IMG/VR virus record: IMGVR_UViG_3300013713_000001
Span: 96,001 to 160,000 of that record
Source: a virus
Taxonomy: Duplodnaviria > Caudoviricetes
DNA: 64,000 nt
Strand: one strand, 5' to 3'
Below the pieces are notes generated by a model. That model worked only from the letters and a program-made list of their open reading frames with translations. It was not told the origin of the DNA and searched no databases. Within the stretch, counting starts at the first letter, position 1. Every line of letters starts with the position of its first letter. Both the position numbers and the translations under genes were made by a program. Below, piece by piece: positions 38,605 to 48,904 of this stretch.

Positions 38605-39909
38605 TTAGAAAGATCCTTGAATTTTCCGAGAGAACTCGATCAAGCGCAGGAGGATGGCTCCGTGGTAGAGGCGTTCCATCGGCGTCAAGTCGAAATAGCC
38701 GCTAACGTACTTCAGTAAACGTTCATGGTCGATCTGCTGGTCTCGGTAGGAGCTGTAGACCAGTCCTTCGAATTCACCTTCAGGGTGTCCCTTATAGAAA
38801 CCCTCAGAGAACATGTAGGAGATGTCTTGCTCTGGACTAGGACGAACAACCGGATACCCCGAGAGGATGTTGATCGACGGGTAGGTCTTAAAGTCTTCAG
38901 GGTTCGTGGTGACAAACCAACGGATGCGACTCGACCGCAGGTTGCCGTAGAGTCGGGTGGCTTCTAGGCGGTTCACATCAATAATCTTTGCCTGACGCTT
39001 ACACAGCGGCAAGATGTTCATGTCACAGCGCAAGAGGAACGTCCAGATGTTGATCGGGCCATAGCGGTTCTTTTCCAGTCCACCGTATTGCAGGGAGAAC
39101 TGGTTGATGACCGGGTACGTCCTTCGCAGGTCTGGGGTGATCATTGCGGTCAGGAAGTTTACCAGGTAGGGGTCGTAGATCTTTTCGCTCTTTCCTGGGA
39201 TCCCTTCAGGCCGATCATAGACAATCGTGTTCTCTGGGTTCCAGAAGAACTCCGAGAGGATGTATTCCACAATCGTCGACTTCCAACCAAACAGGGTCTT
39301 GGCAGTTTTCTCCAGCTCCGAACTGATAAGGGTCTTGCCACCGTGCAATGCAGAGTCCCGGTAGTAGACCCGCCGCTTGACCACACGAGACTCTAACAGG
39401 ACGTCCAACCGCTCGCTCATGATCTGCAGGAAAGCGAACTGGAACTCGTAGACCTTGTTTGCGGTTACCTCACGGATCTCTGGTTGTTCAGTGATCGCGA
39501 AGAGTCCAGCGTTACCATCGCCAATGTCGATAACAAAGACATCGTGCAGGATAGGCGGTTCGTCAAGGATGACCCGAGCGGTAAACTTCTTTTCCGACTC
39601 ACCGGTCTGAGGGTTGAAGCTAAACGAGCCGTTACCGTCGTTCAACAACAGTGGCAGGTTTTCAATCCGCACGTAGGGTTGGTACGTTCCTACCCCATCA
39701 GGTGTAAACGACTTTGGTTCCTCTTGAGCATTGAGAAACTGCCGGTAGTACAAGGCAACCCGTGGAGTACCACTGTCCTGGGAGAGCAACGCACGTTCCG
39801 GCTGGTAGGTGCTCTGGACGATCGAGTGTCGGTAGTTGTCGCTAAAGATCTTTGGTGCTTCTGGAGCCGGCGGTGTTTTCTCACCCAGCGGCTTAATAGA
39901 CCATGCCAT
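38605..39909 (-). CDS. Virion structural protein (phiKZ gp99-like)
   Basis: 434 aa; G.P....YYRQ, P...DVF..DIGDG.AGLF.IT, YDPYL..F, Y.FS..FY. Confidence 0.65.
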   Translation of the reverse strand: MAWSIKPLGEKTPPAPEAPKIFSDNYRHSIVQSTYQPERALLSQDSGTPRVALYYRQFLNAQEEPKSFTPDGVGTYQPYVRIENLPLLLNDGNGSFSFNPQTGESEKKFTARVILDEPPILHDVFVIDIGDGNAGLFAITEQPEIREVTANKVYEFQFAFLQIMSERLDVLLESRVVKRRVYYRDSALHGGKTLISSELEKTAKTLFGWKSTIVEYILSEFFWNPENTIVYDRPEGIPGKSEKIYDPYLVNFLTAMITPDLRRTYPVINQFSLQYGGLEKNRYGPINIWTFLLRCDMNILPLCKRQAKIIDVNRLEATRLYGNLRSSRIRWFVTTNPEDFKTYPSINILSGYPVVRPSPEQDISYMFSEGFYKGHPEGEFEGLVYSSYRDQQIDHERLLKYVSGYFDLTPMERLYHGAILLRLIEFSRKIQGSF

Positions 39910-39914
39910 GATGT

Positions 39915-41414
39915 TTATCCTCTAACGTTGTGGGCCACGATACCAAACAGTCCCTGGTAGATATTGAAGCGGAAGCCCACCCGCCCGTGTCCAAGATCGA
40001 TGTTGTGGAGGATCGTAGGGATATTGGCCATCCACGGTTTTGGGAACTTGTTAAAGTCGATCCAGTTAAAGATCGTTCGGATCACCCCCCAGTACCCGTC
40101 ATCATCGTCACCTACGTCGTCCCACAGTTGTTTACTGTAGTCCCGAATGGCGTAGTCAATATTCACCACGAGGTGGTAGGTCAACTTTAACTTGGGGCGT
40201 TTCAACAGTGTTACCGTACCGTCTTCATCCATCTTCAAGAACTTCGAAGGAACAAGCTGGTTTCCTTCAAACAGTTGGAACAGGAACGGGGTCTCGTGGT
40301 GACGGAAGGCCACTTCATGTCGGCGCTTGATGTAATTCACTGCACCAGGTCGCCACTTGAACTCAGGCAACTCAAAGACGTTACCAAGCACCTGGGTCTC
40401 CTCATCCTGCAACGCCAGCTGAGCCTGCACCACCGGCTGGATCCACCACTGGTAGGGCGCGGTCCAAGGGTCGTGTGCGGGCAGCTTTAGGAAGTACGGA
40501 CTCTGTACAAAGTCCATCGGCGGGTTGATCTCTCGACCCGAGGTGATCTCAGGACCGGAGGCGACTCCGGCGTACTTCGTAAAACCATCTTGAGGACGGG
40601 GGATATAGCCTTCAGGAATTTGTTCCTGGTAGACGTTTAGCGGGTAGTCGATTTCCCAACCCGCAAACTGGTTGAAAAAGAAGGTGTAACTGAACTCAAC
40701 TTCGAACTGCCCATACGACTGGCCTTTCTGGACCTTCGCGACAAACGGATCAGTAAAGCTAATCCCGATGTTGTTTGGGCGTAGAGGTACCACGATTTGC
40801 GGAAGCTCGCCTGCAACGTTTGTGATCTCGACAAAGTTGAACTGGGCGTACTGACCAAACCAGTCCTGAAACCCAGGGAGGTCAGGTTCGTTGCGTTTCA
40901 ACATGTCATACAGGGTTTCAATGAAACGAATGACCCCCTTGTTGAACAGCATGTGCACCGTAGGGGTAAAGTTGAAGTCCACCACCTGGTTCTTACGCTG
41001 ACGGTTGATCTTTGTTACAAATGCCTTTGCAGAGGCTTCGGTGTTGAAACGAGAGACCACCTTTACCCGAATCTGTTTGCCTTCAAAGGAAGGACAGATA
41101 ATCAGGGGAAGTTCCTTGTTCAGGAATACTGGGCGCTCAGTCATCTCTCGACGCAGGTCCCAGAACTCGCTGTCCTCAACATCGGCAGAGATAAAGATCT
41201 TGTTGCGGAACGTACCGTCTGTGTAACGGTCAGCTCCCATACCGTCACCTTGGTTAGTCCCGATCAACTTCACAACGTCAGCTTGACCGTTGAAATAGAT
41301 GTTCGTAGCCGAGCGCAGTCCATAGAAATCCAACACTGCAATCATCGAATCGTAAATAGCGGGACGAAGAAAGCTGTCGTAGTTCTCTTCGGCCGGCACA
41401 GTTGTGTGTAACAT
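39915..41414 (-). CDS. Virion structural protein (phiKZ gp98-like)
   Basis: About 499 aa, TAAGGAG RBS; synteny. Confidence 0.6.
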   Translation of the reverse strand: MLHTTVPAEENYDSFLRPAIYDSMIAVLDFYGLRSATNIYFNGQADVVKLIGTNQGDGMGADRYTDGTFRNKIFISADVEDSEFWDLRREMTERPVFLNKELPLIICPSFEGKQIRVKVVSRFNTEASAKAFVTKINRQRKNQVVDFNFTPTVHMLFNKGVIRFIETLYDMLKRNEPDLPGFQDWFGQYAQFNFVEITNVAGELPQIVVPLRPNNIGISFTDPFVAKVQKGQSYGQFEVEFSYTFFFNQFAGWEIDYPLNVYQEQIPEGYIPRPQDGFTKYAGVASGPEITSGREINPPMDFVQSPYFLKLPAHDPWTAPYQWWIQPVVQAQLALQDEETQVLGNVFELPEFKWRPGAVNYIKRRHEVAFRHHETPFLFQLFEGNQLVPSKFLKMDEDGTVTLLKRPKLKLTYHLVVNIDYAIRDYSKQLWDDVGDDDDGYWGVIRTIFNWIDFNKFPKPWMANIPTILHNIDLGHGRVGFRFNIYQGLFGIVAHNVRG

Positions 41415-41465
41415 AACCACTCCTTAACTCAACGACGGAGGGGATACCTCCGCCGTTGGGTATGG

Positions 41466-42170
41466 CTAACGGTCGGTCGGTTCGCTGGTGTCATCCTTAT
41501 CCACGGTAAACCGGATAAGGAAATTACCTTTACCCTTGACACTCAACACGGCGACGTTTGTAAACATGTCCGTGAAGGTGAGCTGGACTTTGCAACCAGA
41601 CAGCTCTTTGGCACTGAGCGTTTTGTTCCCGTAGCTTTCCAGGTAAGCCACGATCTCGTCTGCTGCTTTCTGTGTAAGATTCCCTTTGGCTGTAAACAGC
41701 GAAGCCTCGGAGACGAACACCTTTTGACTGAGCAGCAGTTGGACACGGGCAGTATCCAGGGGAACACGGACAGGGTCTTTGCAACGCTTGGTGACCTTGT
41801 GGACCATGACGATCACAGACCCGCTCCACACATAGCTCGAAGGGGGGACTTCAACGGTCAGGATCTCCGGAGCCGGTTCATCACTGGCCACGTAGTCGAT
41901 CCCCCTGACCCAGTACAGGCCATAGTTATCGCTGAGCTTTTGAAGAACATCCGAAACCGTTGCTTCCTTTGGAACCCGAAGGTCCACACGGGAGGCTTTC
42001 AGTCGACCCCCCAGATCAGCTTTGGGAATTTCGATCTGTTCTTCTTTGCCATCAACTAGCGTCGCCAGGACAAAGGAGCCTGCACTTCCCTGTTCTACCC
42101 CAACAATCTCGGTTGCTCCGGGTATCTGAGCGAGCAGGGTATTGATAAGACTAGGGTGCAAGAGCTTCAT
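41466..42170 (-). CDS. Probable virion accessory protein
   Basis: 234 aa, ATGA overlap with the upstream gene. Confidence 0.55.
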   Translation of the reverse strand: MKLLHPSLINTLLAQIPGATEIVGVEQGSAGSFVLATLVDGKEEQIEIPKADLGGRLKASRVDLRVPKEATVSDVLQKLSDNYGLYWVRGIDYVASDEPAPEILTVEVPPSSYVWSGSVIVMVHKVTKRCKDPVRVPLDTARVQLLLSQKVFVSEASLFTAKGNLTQKAADEIVAYLESYGNKTLSAKELSGCKVQLTFTDMFTNVAVLSVKGKGNFLIRFTVDKDDTSEPTDR

Positions 42171-43564
42171 TTCTTGTCCTCTTCCTTACTTGCCGGTTCC
42201 TTACTCACAAAGATGTGAGGGGTGATCCCGCGAATAGCCCGACGGATACCCTTCGTGACCTTGCTGTGACCTTGGGCCTTTTTCTTGACACTTGCTACCG
42301 TTTCCTTGGCCTTCGAGATCTTTTCGTTGATCAGTGCCTTGGCAGCAGCGGCGCCGTCTTTATTGCTGTCGTCACCGCTAACGCTTTCAGCGCTTTTCTT
42401 CAGATCCGCCAATGCCGTTTCAGCCGCTTTCTTTTCGGTATCGATGGATTTGGTCAACTCGCTGTTAGTTCCCAGCAGGCCCAGCAGGCCGTCGATCACC
42501 CCACCAGCTGAACCGGGACCTTCCAGCCGTGCCACGATCTTGCTCATGGCGCCAGAGGGATCCAGCTTACTGGCCATTGCCGTAATGCCTGCTTTGGCCT
42601 TGTCGTTGATCGCCGCTGCTTTGTCCTTCATCGACTGGATAGCTTTCTTGTTGTCATCCGCATCGTTAGTGATGTTTGTGTCCTGCTCATCCTCATCACT
42701 TTCGAAAAGCTTCAGGACGTTTTCCCAGGTTTCCTGAGCTGCCTTGTAAGCCACTTTGCCAAGGTTCTTCACCGCGTCGAAAACAGGACCTTCACTGCCC
42801 GAGATGTTTTCAACCACCATCCCGTTGGCCCGTGTTACCCCTTCAAAGTAGAAGAAGTCCGGGGTGTTTTCTTTCCCCCCAAGATAGTCTTCGATGCCTT
42901 GCAGCATTTTCAACGAGTGGTCTGCTGTACAACCGCACTTGCACGCGTCAGTACCGCCACACTCAATGCCAGCTACATCGAAGTCGAGTGGATTGACCTC
43001 GTTGTAGTCAAGGGGTGCAAACTCTTCTATCCCAGCAAGCATGCCAAAGCGAGCCGTGCTGAAAACGTCCACAAGAGTCAAGACACTGTCCAGGTATTCC
43101 AACAGTGCGCTATCGGCTTTGTAGCGTTCATCCGAGTGGTCAGGTACCTCGTCGCCGTCCAGCGCCTCATAGGGATCCAGAACACGACGTGCCTGTGCAA
43201 TGAGCTCATCCGCCCCATTGCGGTTGTCGGCGGTACCCTGCAGGTTGCCGTAACGGATAATTGCCAGGGAGACCTCACGACGACTTGGGAACACCCCTTT
43301 GGCGATCTCGGCACTGAGGCTCGACAGGTACTTCGAGAGCGGTTCATTCGTGGCCATCTCACCACCATCAAAGTACTCGAAGTGGTCACCAATGATGTTG
43401 ACCGTCTCGTTCAGTTGCCTGACAAGGGTTTCACGGTCAATGGCGGGAATCCCCAGGTCTTCGAAGTACTTCAACAGGTGAGCGTTGTCGTCCTTGCAAA
43501 AGGAGGTCTTGCCAAGGCTGTTGATCAGTAGTCCCAGAAGACCGAGTTTTTGATAGATGTTCAT
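42167..43564 (-). CDS. Internal head protein with acidic propeptide
   Basis: 465 aa; AGIE twice, QGIE and SGSE sites; Lys/Ala-rich helical C-terminal half. Confidence 0.65.
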   Translation of the reverse strand: MNIYQKLGLLGLLINSLGKTSFCKDDNAHLLKYFEDLGIPAIDRETLVRQLNETVNIIGDHFEYFDGGEMATNEPLSKYLSSLSAEIAKGVFPSRREVSLAIIRYGNLQGTADNRNGADELIAQARRVLDPYEALDGDEVPDHSDERYKADSALLEYLDSVLTLVDVFSTARFGMLAGIEEFAPLDYNEVNPLDFDVAGIECGGTDACKCGCTADHSLKMLQGIEDYLGGKENTPDFFYFEGVTRANGMVVENISGSEGPVFDAVKNLGKVAYKAAQETWENVLKLFESDEDEQDTNITNDADDNKKAIQSMKDKAAAINDKAKAGITAMASKLDPSGAMSKIVARLEGPGSAGGVIDGLLGLLGTNSELTKSIDTEKKAAETALADLKKSAESVSGDDSNKDGAAAAKALINEKISKAKETVASVKKKAQGHSKVTKGIRRAIRGITPHIFVSKEPASKEEDKK

Positions 43565-44052
43565 ACTGTCTCCTGCACTTGAATAGAAACTGTCCCTTTA
43601 AAGACAGGGGAGTAACGAGCGTCAACATGAAGCCAGCCGTCCGTACTCGAAAGTTCTACGTCACCGCGGGGCAATGCGCCCAGGCCAATGAACTGCGTCC
43701 ACAGGTGGAACTGGTTTGTCTGCTCGTCAGCGTCGGTGACAACAGTTTCAACAACGACAGGTTCCCCGGTGACCAGATCGGTTTCCAGGGTACCGAGGAC
43801 TTCAACAGCGGCGGATGGTGTCCAGTCCTGGCGTTTGATCCCAACAATCGACTGCGGGATCCCCTCAAACAACTCGTTGAGGGAAATACGCTGGAACATA
43901 AAGGACTCTTTAGGAGGCCCGGAGATCACGTATTTGAAGAGATCTTCGTTGACGGCTACCACGTTACCAAACTTGGGATTAAAGCTTCCACAGGAGATAC
44001 TGGAAAGCCCTGCCGCTATCAAAGAGGGAAGTGTTACCAGATTAAGCTGCAT
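43561..44052 (-). CDS. Small probable virion protein
   Basis: 163 aa with AAGGAG RBS. Confidence 0.55.
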   Translation of the reverse strand: MQLNLVTLPSLIAAGLSSISCGSFNPKFGNVVAVNEDLFKYVISGPPKESFMFQRISLNELFEGIPQSIVGIKRQDWTPSAAVEVLGTLETDLVTGEPVVVETVVTDADEQTNQFHLWTQFIGLGALPRGDVELSSTDGWLHVDARYSPVFKGTVSIQVQETV

Positions 44053-44064
44053 GAGGGCAACTCC

Positions 44065-45084
44065 TTAGTGAATGGCAACCACACAGAGGTCAGTAATGGT
44101 AACCAGGGCACGGTACAAGACGTTTTCGAACAGTCGGATATCGTCCATGGCGTTACGGACCACCGAGGTAAAGAGCTTGCGCACAGGAGCACTGGCTTCT
44201 TTGCTGGTGGACAAGACGCTCAAGGTATCGATCATGACCTTCTCAAGCTTTTGCACATCAACCGTCAGAGCTTTCAGCTGGACGAGGTTAGCCTTGCTGT
44301 CCTTACGGATACCTTCCACCGCGGTTTGAGTTGTGGTGAACTTAGGACCCCGGAAGTCCTTGCGGGTATTCGCGCTGGGGTGGTACTGGATCTTTGTCGG
44401 ACCGAAACGGAAATCGTCAGTGGTGATAAACGTTCCCTTATCCCGACCTGAAGTCCCAAAGATCTTTCTGACCTTGCCGTAGAACTCGACGATACCATCA
44501 CCCACCTTGATGGGTCCGCCGGCTTTCGCTTGACGTTCCATCGAGTTCAGCAAATCCGTCAGGTCTTTGATGTAGGTCCCTACGTTGGTAATACCTTTGC
44601 TGACACGGCGGTTGGTTTCAGCAACCCAGCCCAGATCAGCAACCGGCTTACCAGGTCGCGGGTAGATGAAAAAGGTGCTTTGTGGGTATTCGTGTTCACC
44701 CGGCTTGACACCTTTGTCTTTCAGATGGATGTCGATCGATACCAGCTTGTGGTCGATCTTCTTTTCTTTTGCCGAGAAGAAGCTCCAGATCCACTTGAAG
44801 AAGTCACGGACCATCTGGATAACTTTCTTCACACCATCCTTGGCCATGTCCAGCAAACCTTCGCTACCGGAGACCTGGCTCAACGAGGTAGCGACGGCCG
44901 CTTTCGAGTGAAGGATGTAGTTGTAGAAGCGTTCGGTCCCACTGACTCGATCGTTTTCGTCCGAGAGTTTCGTGAGGGTATCCTGTTCTTCAATAACGTC
45001 GAATTCTTCCTTATCCTGATCCGAGATATCTTTCAGGGTAGGGGACACAACGTACCGTAAAGGCGTAGCACTTGGCTGAGTCAT
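44065..45084 (-). CDS. Internal head (ejection) protein, phiKZ internal-head paralogue family
   Basis: VSGTE and VSGSE sites, then GLLDMAKDGVKKVIQMVRDFFKWIWSFF. Confidence 0.7.
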   Translation of the reverse strand: MTQPSATPLRYVVSPTLKDISDQDKEEFDVIEEQDTLTKLSDENDRVSGTERFYNYILHSKAAVATSLSQVSGSEGLLDMAKDGVKKVIQMVRDFFKWIWSFFSAKEKKIDHKLVSIDIHLKDKGVKPGEHEYPQSTFFIYPRPGKPVADLGWVAETNRRVSKGITNVGTYIKDLTDLLNSMERQAKAGGPIKVGDGIVEFYGKVRKIFGTSGRDKGTFITTDDFRFGPTKIQYHPSANTRKDFRGPKFTTTQTAVEGIRKDSKANLVQLKALTVDVQKLEKVMIDTLSVLSTSKEASAPVRKLFTSVVRNAMDDIRLFENVLYRALVTITDLCVVAIH

Positions 45085-45149
45085 GGAGGTTACCTGTTGA
45101 GTAGGCAATTAGTACATAGCATCAAAATGCAAATAGAAAGAACACTCAA

Positions 45150-45177
45150 CCTACCTGCCGGCGAACCGGCAGGTAGG
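45150..45177 (-). terminator. Hairpin terminator with UUCG loop
   Basis: Minus strand CCTACCTGCCGG-TTCG-CCGGCAGGTAGG. Confidence 0.75.
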
Positions 45178-45203
45178 CTAAGGTTCAACGTACGGCTACT
45201 GGA

Positions 45204-46532
45204 TCAGAAGTGCGCGCGAACAGCGCCCAGGATCTGGTTGGCCAGGTAGATGTACAGACGGTCGACGGACGAGGTCAGCGAGGACGCCGAGACGTAGATC
45301 GCTTTGCACAGGTCGATGGCCTTCTTCGCGCTTTCGCGCTTGGCGTTGTCGGTGCCGTGGTCGTTCTTGATCTGAACGCTCAGGGTGCCGACCACACGGT
45401 CACGCTCGGCTTTGGAGAACTTGGCAGCGACTTTGCTAGCACGCAGTTCGCCGACGTAGTCGTGAACGCCCTTCAGGGTGCTTTCCAGCTGAGCCTTGGA
45501 AGCCTTGATCTCGGTGTCGCCCTTGGTGAACTTGCTGGCGTCGTCGGTCTTGCCGAAGGACAGCTTCACGGAGCGAGCAGCCGATACCGCTTCTGCTTCG
45601 GTCTCGAACTTCTCGTTGAAGGCCGCGAAGATGCGGAAGCCGGCGTGAACCATCAGCACGGTGGTCTTGTCCGAGGTCTGGGAGACGTTCGGCTTGCCAG
45701 CGGCTTTGGCGACTTCTTTGATGTCGTCGGTGACCTTCTTGTAGGCCGAGCGGAAGCTGGCCATGTCGATGCCGTCCAGCTTCTTGCTCAGGTCCATGAA
45801 GGCTGGCAGGGAGCTGGAGACCAGGTCGAACACACCGGCGTGCAGAATGCCGTCGATGCCTTTCAGGCCGGCGTTGGCGTAGTCGCAGCCGATGTTCCAG
45901 GAGCCCAGCTTGACACGGGACTTCGGTTCCTTGGCGGAGATGGTCGCGCTGAGGGTCTTGGCTTGACGCTCGAGGCCGTCGGCGGTGGACTTCAGACCAA
46001 CGAAGAAGTTGATCATGCTGTTGAAGATGCCCTTGATGAACTCGATCACCTTCGAGGCGCCTTGCTTCAGGGTGTCCATGAAGCCTTCTTGGCCGGCGAC
46101 TGCGAACAGCTGGGCAGTGGCACGGTCGTTCAGGCTTTCGGCGCCGCAGCGGTTGAAGTCACGGCCGCCCAGGGCGACGTTCAGCTTGGCGCAGCGGTTG
46201 TAGCGATCGGCGAAGGCAACGCCGTTGAACGGGGTGGCACCCGAGATCATGGATTCGACACCGGCGACTTCTTCGGCCAGTTCTTCCAGCAGTTCTTCGT
46301 GGCTTTCCAGCACGGCGACGGCTTGTTCGGTCGCTTGAGCAGCCTGCTCGACGACGACTTGGGCTTCGGCGGTATCAGCGCGCGCTTCTTCGACAGCGGC
46401 TTCCAGATCGCCACCGGCGCCGAGGTTGGAGTTGTTGTCGTCACCGACGTTGTTCTCGCCACCGGTATCACCGCCTTGCAGGCTTTCGATACCAGAGACC
46501 ATGGACAGGTATTCCAGATGGGAACGGGACAT
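45204..46532 (-). CDS. High-copy internal head protein (phiKZ gp93 / SPN3US gp53-54 family)
   Basis: Acidic propeptide with SGIE, AGVE, CGAE, AGQE, then GFMDTLKQGASKVIEFIKGIFNSMINFF; capsid-like codon bias. Confidence 0.75.
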   Translation of the reverse strand: MSRSHLEYLSMVSGIESLQGGDTGGENNVGDDNNSNLGAGGDLEAAVEEARADTAEAQVVVEQAAQATEQAVAVLESHEELLEELAEEVAGVESMISGATPFNGVAFADRYNRCAKLNVALGGRDFNRCGAESLNDRATAQLFAVAGQEGFMDTLKQGASKVIEFIKGIFNSMINFFVGLKSTADGLERQAKTLSATISAKEPKSRVKLGSWNIGCDYANAGLKGIDGILHAGVFDLVSSSLPAFMDLSKKLDGIDMASFRSAYKKVTDDIKEVAKAAGKPNVSQTSDKTTVLMVHAGFRIFAAFNEKFETEAEAVSAARSVKLSFGKTDDASKFTKGDTEIKASKAQLESTLKGVHDYVGELRASKVAAKFSKAERDRVVGTLSVQIKNDHGTDNAKRESAKKAIDLCKAIYVSASSLTSSVDRLYIYLANQILGAVRAHF

Positions 46533-46580
46533 TGAGTGCATCCTTTTTCGTTAACGAAAGATAGGGTTGTTTATAAACAA

Positions 46581-47588
46581 TTACGCGAATACCCCAAGTA
46601 CACCATGAATGTACTTGTCGACGTAGCCGACAACACGTGGGGTGAATCCGCTATAAAATGCGAGAGCCCCTTGGTTACCGCTCATGAGCTTTTCACACTC
46701 ACCAAGGATCGTCTTACTTACTTTGTCCAACTGGCTGAGGTTGCCATCGACACCCTTTACCATATCAGCCCACGACTTGATGAAAGCCGTGTAGCCGTCA
46801 TAGGATTCCTTAACCTTCAAATGGAGGTCGTTAACCTTATCCAGTTTGTTGAGGATGTCGGAGATTTCACTCTTCGACAAGGTCAAGGTTTTAGCCTCTC
46901 CTGAAGAAGCATCACCACCCATAGAGTACTTAGGCGAACCTTCATTACTGAAGATAAAGACACGGCCTCCAGGGAGTACCGGCGATTTGACAGCCTTACC
47001 CATAGCTGTACCCAGTTTGAACTCAGGGTACTTCAACCCCTCGAACTCCTCGATAACTGCATGGATCTGTTCTGCCTTTTGGGCCGACTTCAACTTCTTC
47101 AGGGTAACGAGCTCTTTGTCGAGGAAGTTCATGACCTCCTTGTCGTGAGCCACCCAGGCCTCAAGGGTCTTTACCAGGGTTTCCATGTCAGAGAGGATAT
47201 GGCTTGCATCGCCACCCGCTGTGATCAAGGCAACCTTTGGTGCAGTGATCTTGAGTTCCTTATCAGCCACCTTGGCGATGTCGCGCTCGATGTTCTTGAT
47301 AAGCGAGCCATTCTCAGAGAATGACCGGCTGAGCTGGTTGCCAGCTGCAGTGAAGCCCTTCAGCGCGATGTCGAGGGTCTTGCCGCCAACCCACTTACCC
47401 GCACTGAAGAGACCGCGGCCAACCGCACCCATGGCACCAATAGCATTGTTGCGAACGTTCTGGAAATCCTCGGTACCTGCCACAGAGGACAAGCAACTGC
47501 CCATCCTCATCAAATGGTCAGTCGACTGAGAGAGTTCCAGGTGTTGCTCAAGGCAAACCGCCAATTGAGTCTTGTTACCTGAACTCAT
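46581..47588 (-). CDS. Internal head protein
   Basis: 335 aa; VAGTE site; S.VLPGG motif seen in this family. Confidence 0.65.
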   Translation of the reverse strand: MSSGNKTQLAVCLEQHLELSQSTDHLMRMGSCLSSVAGTEDFQNVRNNAIGAMGAVGRGLFSAGKWVGGKTLDIALKGFTAAGNQLSRSFSENGSLIKNIERDIAKVADKELKITAPKVALITAGGDASHILSDMETLVKTLEAWVAHDKEVMNFLDKELVTLKKLKSAQKAEQIHAVIEEFEGLKYPEFKLGTAMGKAVKSPVLPGGRVFIFSNEGSPKYSMGGDASSGEAKTLTLSKSEISDILNKLDKVNDLHLKVKESYDGYTAFIKSWADMVKGVDGNLSQLDKVSKTILGECEKLMSGNQGALAFYSGFTPRVVGYVDKYIHGVLGVFA

Positions 47589-47599
47589 AACCGCCTCCC

Positions 47600-48904
47600 T
47601 TATTCAGCATTGACCTGGATCGAATTGTCGCAGATCTGGATCAAACCGTTGATGATAAGGGTCAGGTAGTTGGCAACCGTTACCCGGATGGAGAGCAGTT
47701 CCATCTGGTTATGGCGGACCAGGGCACTGAACCACTTGGCGATGTAGAGACGGGTGGTCTCGTCGATGTCGGCGTCAACGATACCTTTGATGATGTCGTT
47801 GTAGTCGGCGTCTGCCAACTTGAACTTCTCGCCTTTCTCGAACATGCTCGTCCAGTCTTTCAGCAGACCGCGAAGCGCCTTGACGATCGCTTTGATCTCA
47901 CGGCTGGAGAGCGCCTTGATTTCGGTACCCACCTGATCAACCACCACCGGAGCACTGTTCTCGAACGCAGTGCGGTCGTTCTTGACGTGGAGGTCGACGT
48001 ACTCAGCGAGCATGTCGAGGGTCTCACAGGTCTTTGGTGGGTTCTTCAAACGGGTGTCGAAGAAGTACGCACCGCCCATGAGCTCAACCGACTGCTTCGC
48101 CGAAACCAGTACACTTTCGTGCGCTTTGTTCGGGTAGCTGCACTCCTTGAAAGGAATGTTCGGAATGCTCATCGGCATCATCCGCAGACGCTCCATGGCA
48201 CCTTCCTGGCTCAACGACGTGAAGCCACCGAAGTAGCTCATCAACGCCTGCAGGGTCTGCTTGTTGTTCAGGTAGTAGCCGCCGCTGAGCGCCGAGATCG
48301 TCCCGCTGAGCTTGTTCAGGTTACCCGTCCAGTCAGCGTTTACCTTGCCGTTCACCTTGAACAGGTTGAACAGACGATGCTCGAGAATGAACGAGTTCGT
48401 GCTCATGAAGTCCGGGTAGCTGGTAACCTTTTGCTCCAGCAGATCCAGGGCCTTGTTCAGGTCGTCTTCGGATTGGGTAAAGATCACCCAGGCATCACGG
48501 AAGGAACTGCTGATTTGAACGGCCACATCACGCGACGCCTTGAAGAAGTCGGTGAGGAAGTTCTCGCAACCGGCGTAACGGGTGAGCAGGAAGTTCTTTG
48601 GTAGCAGGGTGTGACCGAGTGCTTCAGCGCCTTGTACTTCAGCAAAGCCAGTTTCCAGCGGAATCGTGACACCGGCACGGTTCAGGCGGTCATCGACCAT
48701 TTCCACGAGTGCTGGGGTGACCTCGTACGGCTCGACGCTTTCCAGAAGCTTCTGGGCTTCGAGGACGCGGTCAGCCGAACTGTCGAGTGCGGTCTGGACT
48801 TCGTTCAGGTGAATGGAGCTGCGCAGTGCATCGAAAAGTTCTACCGACTTAGCGGTATTGATCGCTGCCATTTGAGCAGCCAGCGAATCGTTGGAATTAT
48901 CCAT
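47600..48904 (-). CDS. Internal head protein
   Basis: About 434 aa; QGAE and AGCE sites; S.ELMGG motif. Confidence 0.65.
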   Translation of the reverse strand: MDNSNDSLAAQMAAINTAKSVELFDALRSSIHLNEVQTALDSSADRVLEAQKLLESVEPYEVTPALVEMVDDRLNRAGVTIPLETGFAEVQGAEALGHTLLPKNFLLTRYAGCENFLTDFFKASRDVAVQISSSFRDAWVIFTQSEDDLNKALDLLEQKVTSYPDFMSTNSFILEHRLFNLFKVNGKVNADWTGNLNKLSGTISALSGGYYLNNKQTLQALMSYFGGFTSLSQEGAMERLRMMPMSIPNIPFKECSYPNKAHESVLVSAKQSVELMGGAYFFDTRLKNPPKTCETLDMLAEYVDLHVKNDRTAFENSAPVVVDQVGTEIKALSSREIKAIVKALRGLLKDWTSMFEKGEKFKLADADYNDIIKGIVDADIDETTRLYIAKWFSALVRHNQMELLSIRVTVANYLTLIINGLIQICDNSIQVNAE

